From positions 41,540,001 to 41,604,000 of the forward strand of contig CM022670.1 of assembly GCA_012295275.1 (NCBI GenBank): a stretch of DNA of 64,000 nt. Reading direction: 5' to 3'. Shown here in pieces: positions 60,528-64,000 of the stretch. The stretch comes from Chrysomallon squamiferum. Lineage: Eukaryota; Animalia; Mollusca. Position 1 is the first letter of the stretch. Each line of letters begins with the position of its first letter. Made by a program: the position numbers and the translations under genes. The notes beneath the pieces are model-generated. The model saw only the letters and a list, made by a program, of their open reading frames with translations, ran no database searches and was not told where the DNA came from.

Positions 60528-63500
60528 TTATTGTTTTTTCATCTGTTGTTTCCATTTCTCCTCTTGTCTTTTCTCTATCTCCTCCATCACCGCTCTCAGC
60601 TGGACATCCTGTCAAACAACAAGTAAATAAAAACTAAATAAGAACTGTAACAAGCAGAAAAATAAGAACTGATAACAAGCAGATAAATAAGAACTGTAAC
60701 AAGCAGATAAATAAGAACTGTAACAAGCAGATAAATAAGAACTGTAACAAGCAGATAAATAAGAACTGTAACAAGCTGATAAATAAGAACAGTAACATAC
60801 TGATAAATAAGAACTGTAACAAGCAGATAAATAAGAACTGTAACAAGCAGATAAATAAGAACTGTAACAAGCAGATAAATAAGAACTGTAACAAGCTGAT
60901 AAATAAGAACAGTAACATACTGATAAATAAGAACTGTAACAAGCAGATAAATAAGAACTGTAACAAGCAGATAAATAAGAACTGTAACAAGCAGATAAAT
61001 AAGAACTGTAACAAGCAGATAAATAAGAACTGTAACAAGCTGATAAATAAGAACAGTAACATACTGATAAATAAGAACTGTAACAAGCAGATAAGACCTG
61101 TAACAAGCAGATAAATAAGAACTGTAACAAGCTGATAAATAAGAACTGTAACAAGCAGATAAATAAGAACTGTAACAAGCTGATAAATAAGAACTGTAAC
61201 AAGCAGATAAATAAGAACTGTAACAAGCAGATAAATAAGAACTGTAAGAAGCTGATGGTCACTAGACATATCAAATCTCTCTCAACTGTTGTGACAGTTT
61301 AGCATGAGCAAAGTTAAAACACTGATGAAAGAATAATGATCCAGTTACAAGTAATGATGTTTTCTTTTTTTATAATTTTTTTTTTTTAAATGTTAATTTA
61401 AACAGTATCAGAGTGGTACATACCGTCACTTGGAAATCATTAATATAGTAATAAAACCACATCTACCTTTAACTGTTAATCTTTGATTTTAAGGGATTTA
61501 AAGAGACGAAGTCTTCACAATTCTAAGTAATCTGAAAAAATCTCAACTTACTGACGCCGGATCTCTCGGTGGAAATAACTCGCCCTGAAAAATAAAAAAT
61601 TAATCAACAAATAAGAAAAAAGAAAAAATATGAACAAAAGTAATTATTAAAATAATATCTAAATCAAATTTCAATAATCTGCACATTGTTAATAATAATA
61701 TCTTCTCTGCTGTTCACAAAACAATATAAACTGATGTACATTTAATATTAAATTGATTCAGGGGTGAATTTTATATTATGAAAAATAGAGGTGTGTATGT
61801 CTTAACATTTTAAAAGACACAGCTATGCAAGTAATGGTTTGAAGTAAAAAGTGTCATCTTCACCTGATGTTTAAAATAATGATCCAGATGGTTACAATTT
61901 ATCAGTTACTAAAATCCAAACAGATACAGAAACTGCTTGTTGATGAATCTACTGATGGAAAAAGATTTTATTCCTTTTTGTGTTTAACTAAAAAGTAACT
62001 AGCAGTATGTTTAATATTTAGAATCAAAGTGAAATCTCACTCTTCTTGACATCATCCAGTCCTCAAAGAATTCTGGCTGGTTAAAGTAATAAAAGAGTCC
62101 CACTGGCAAAGCCATGTACACACCCATCTGAAACAGAATTACTTGTGATCATCATACACCAACACGTGATGTTTTAAATAACAAAGCAAAATAAACAAGA
62201 CCAACAAGATTCTTATCTCAACATATAGTTAATGGAGAATCATATTTTATTCAAACCAAATCTGATGTAAATTTATGAACTATGTAGAATTACAATGTAT
62301 ATGACTAAACTTAAAGAGCAACAATCAAGGTACATTTGGGTTTTTTTCTCTGTGAATGGAAACAGTATTCATATTGCTATATTCAACAATAATTTTTAAA
62401 AAACAACAACAAAAAAATCCTTCTCAACATATAACATCTGGTTTGTCTCAGTAAAAATATCTAGCTCAGCTTGACAGCCGTTTGTGATGACACACAAGGA
62501 TTATGTACACTTAGTCTGCAGGCAATTCCTTGAAAATGTTTCATTTGTTTTAGTCTGTCAGACATATCTTATTTGTCTGTGTATCAGATTACTTACTTGT
62601 TGCTTGTAAGTGGTGGTATTGCTTTCAGTTACCATGCCTAAGAACTTTGCTGTGAACATATTTGATGTTACGTAACAGTTTGTTACCTTGGTGATGATTT
62701 TTCAGTGTGAGACAAAAGCTAGTATGAACTATTGTGAATGTAATAAAAACCATCTGTCAGATGACAAAATTGTGTAAGCTTGACATACATTATAAATGTC
62801 ATACATGGATACCAAGTTACAGTTAAAAAACATTTTCCTTGATGGTTGCTCTTTTACCGTCGGAGAAATTGATTACTGTAAACTCAGGAGGTAATTGCTC
62901 AGCATATATCAGGAACATCTTATTAATCCAAGAATAAAAAAATCCCAAAACAGTGAAAATACAATTCACCAATAATTTTGCGAATAAAACACAATGAAGT
63001 GTTTGGGGGTCATTTTCAAAAGTATGAAATTTGTGGTGTTTAAAAAAAAGAAGAAAAGAAATGAAAAGAAATAGGCTGCTTTAAGAAAACAAAAATGAGC
63101 ATTATATCTGACAACAATTTTCATTCAATATGCACTTAAAGAAATGAATAATTCTGTGTTTAAAGATACTATGTAATCAAGCATTAGTCACTTTAGTGTT
63201 CAGACAGGAATGTAACATTTTCAGTGTGTGTATCTGAAGAAATATGCACGATCTTCATATTTCTCAACTACTAACCAGATTCTACTCTAGTAATTACACA
63301 AAATGGAGTGTGATGCAATGGACACAAAACATTTCTTTACAAAAAATAAACATGTATGTTTAAATGCATAATAAACCATGATAAAACTATCAGTTCAGAA
63401 AATAATGTTTAATTTTTTTTATAATTTAGTTAAATTCAGCAAAAATAGAAAAATTAACAAAAATGATGAAATAGATTTACTCAATAACTTTCTTGAAAGA

Positions 63501-63998
63501 CAAAGATGATATATCTTGAATAAAGTACTGCAGATAACAACTATCAAAATATACTGATTATACTGTAATGCATGACCGATGCACTTACATTTTCATCAGC
63601 TAGTTGAAATAAAATAAAGTAACATTTTGAAACTTTGTTCTAGTGTCAAAAAGAAAATGATCGTATTACGCAACATGTGGCTGCAATAATATTTGTCAAA
63701 AAATAAAAAGCAGTGAATTAATCCTGTACTAAAATTGTGAATTTATAATGGAAATTGTGTTATATTTGTTATCAACGTCGTTTTAATCCAGTTTTGTCCA
63801 AACTGTTTATTGTTAACGAAAATCACAACGTTCTCAACTGAGAATGGAGGTCCTGGAAACCTGAAATCAACAGACATACTGAACATAATATGCATCTGAC
63901 TTCAAAACAGCAATGACATTAGCTAATTTTAAATATGCATTTAAAACAACATCACTACAATAACATACTTTAAAGACTTCGAGCTTCCAGCCTCCCAT
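60528..63998 (-). CDS. PET100: PET100 cytochrome c oxidase assembly chaperone, 76 aa
   Basis: Exons 63998-63969, 62127-62041, 61584-61552, 60608-60528, all phase-0 GT-AG. MGGWKLEVFKMGVYMALPVGLFYYFNQPEFFEDWMMSRRGELFPPRDPASDVQLRAVMEEIEKRQEEKWKQQMKKQ. The W-KLEVFK, FNQPE-FE and ELFPP signatures fit PET100. Absent from the ORF track. Confidence 0.92.
60625..61256. repeat. 24-bp minisatellite, ~26 copies, with higher-order structure, in the last PET100 intron
   Basis: Unit AAATAAGAACTGTAACAAGCAGAT. A variant unit containing ACAGTAACATAC recurs at ~60789, 60909 and 61053. Confidence 0.95.
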
Positions 63999-64000
63999 CT

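Noticed and set aside
60612-61274. 220-aa and 211-aa minus-strand ORFs (LLQFLFIC, SACYSSYL and VTVLIYLL repeats)
   Set aside because: They are translations of the 24-bp intronic minisatellite, with no independent coding evidence.
63780-63862. Acceptor-like ATTTCAG|GTTTCCAG in PET100 intron 1
   Set aside because: Both AGs lead to a stop within about 10 codons and there is no clear downstream donor. It is more likely promoter-proximal sequence.

Overview
AT-rich, microsatellite-rich animal genomic DNA. It is invertebrate-like, possibly mollusc or another lophotrochozoan, but that is an inference from composition only. Five spliced protein-coding genes were reconstructed by hand with consistent splice phases: NIM1K kinase (-, 3 coding exons, 429 aa, C-terminal CaaX), a 19-exon HPS6/BLOC-2 homologue (-, 750 aa, one GC-AG intron, mostly invisible in the ORF track), C6orf62 (-, 7 exons, 227 aa), an SDS22-type LRR protein (+, 2 exons, 517 aa) and PET100 (-, 4 exons, 76 aa). 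The first ~10 kb is CpG-retaining non-coding DNA with motif clusters, a tRNA-derived SINE head and a 34-bp minisatellite. The most interesting signals are a chain of three overlapping uORFs (one a GC-rich 51-aa microprotein candidate) in the C6orf62 leader, tandem duplications that multiply splice sites in HPS6 and PET100, an in-frame uORF 9 nt before the NIM1K start, a pre-miRNA-sized hairpin upstream of NIM1K, and a sharp CpG mosaic. There is no CRISPR array or prokaryotic system. Family assignments rest on remembered sequence similarity, not database searches.
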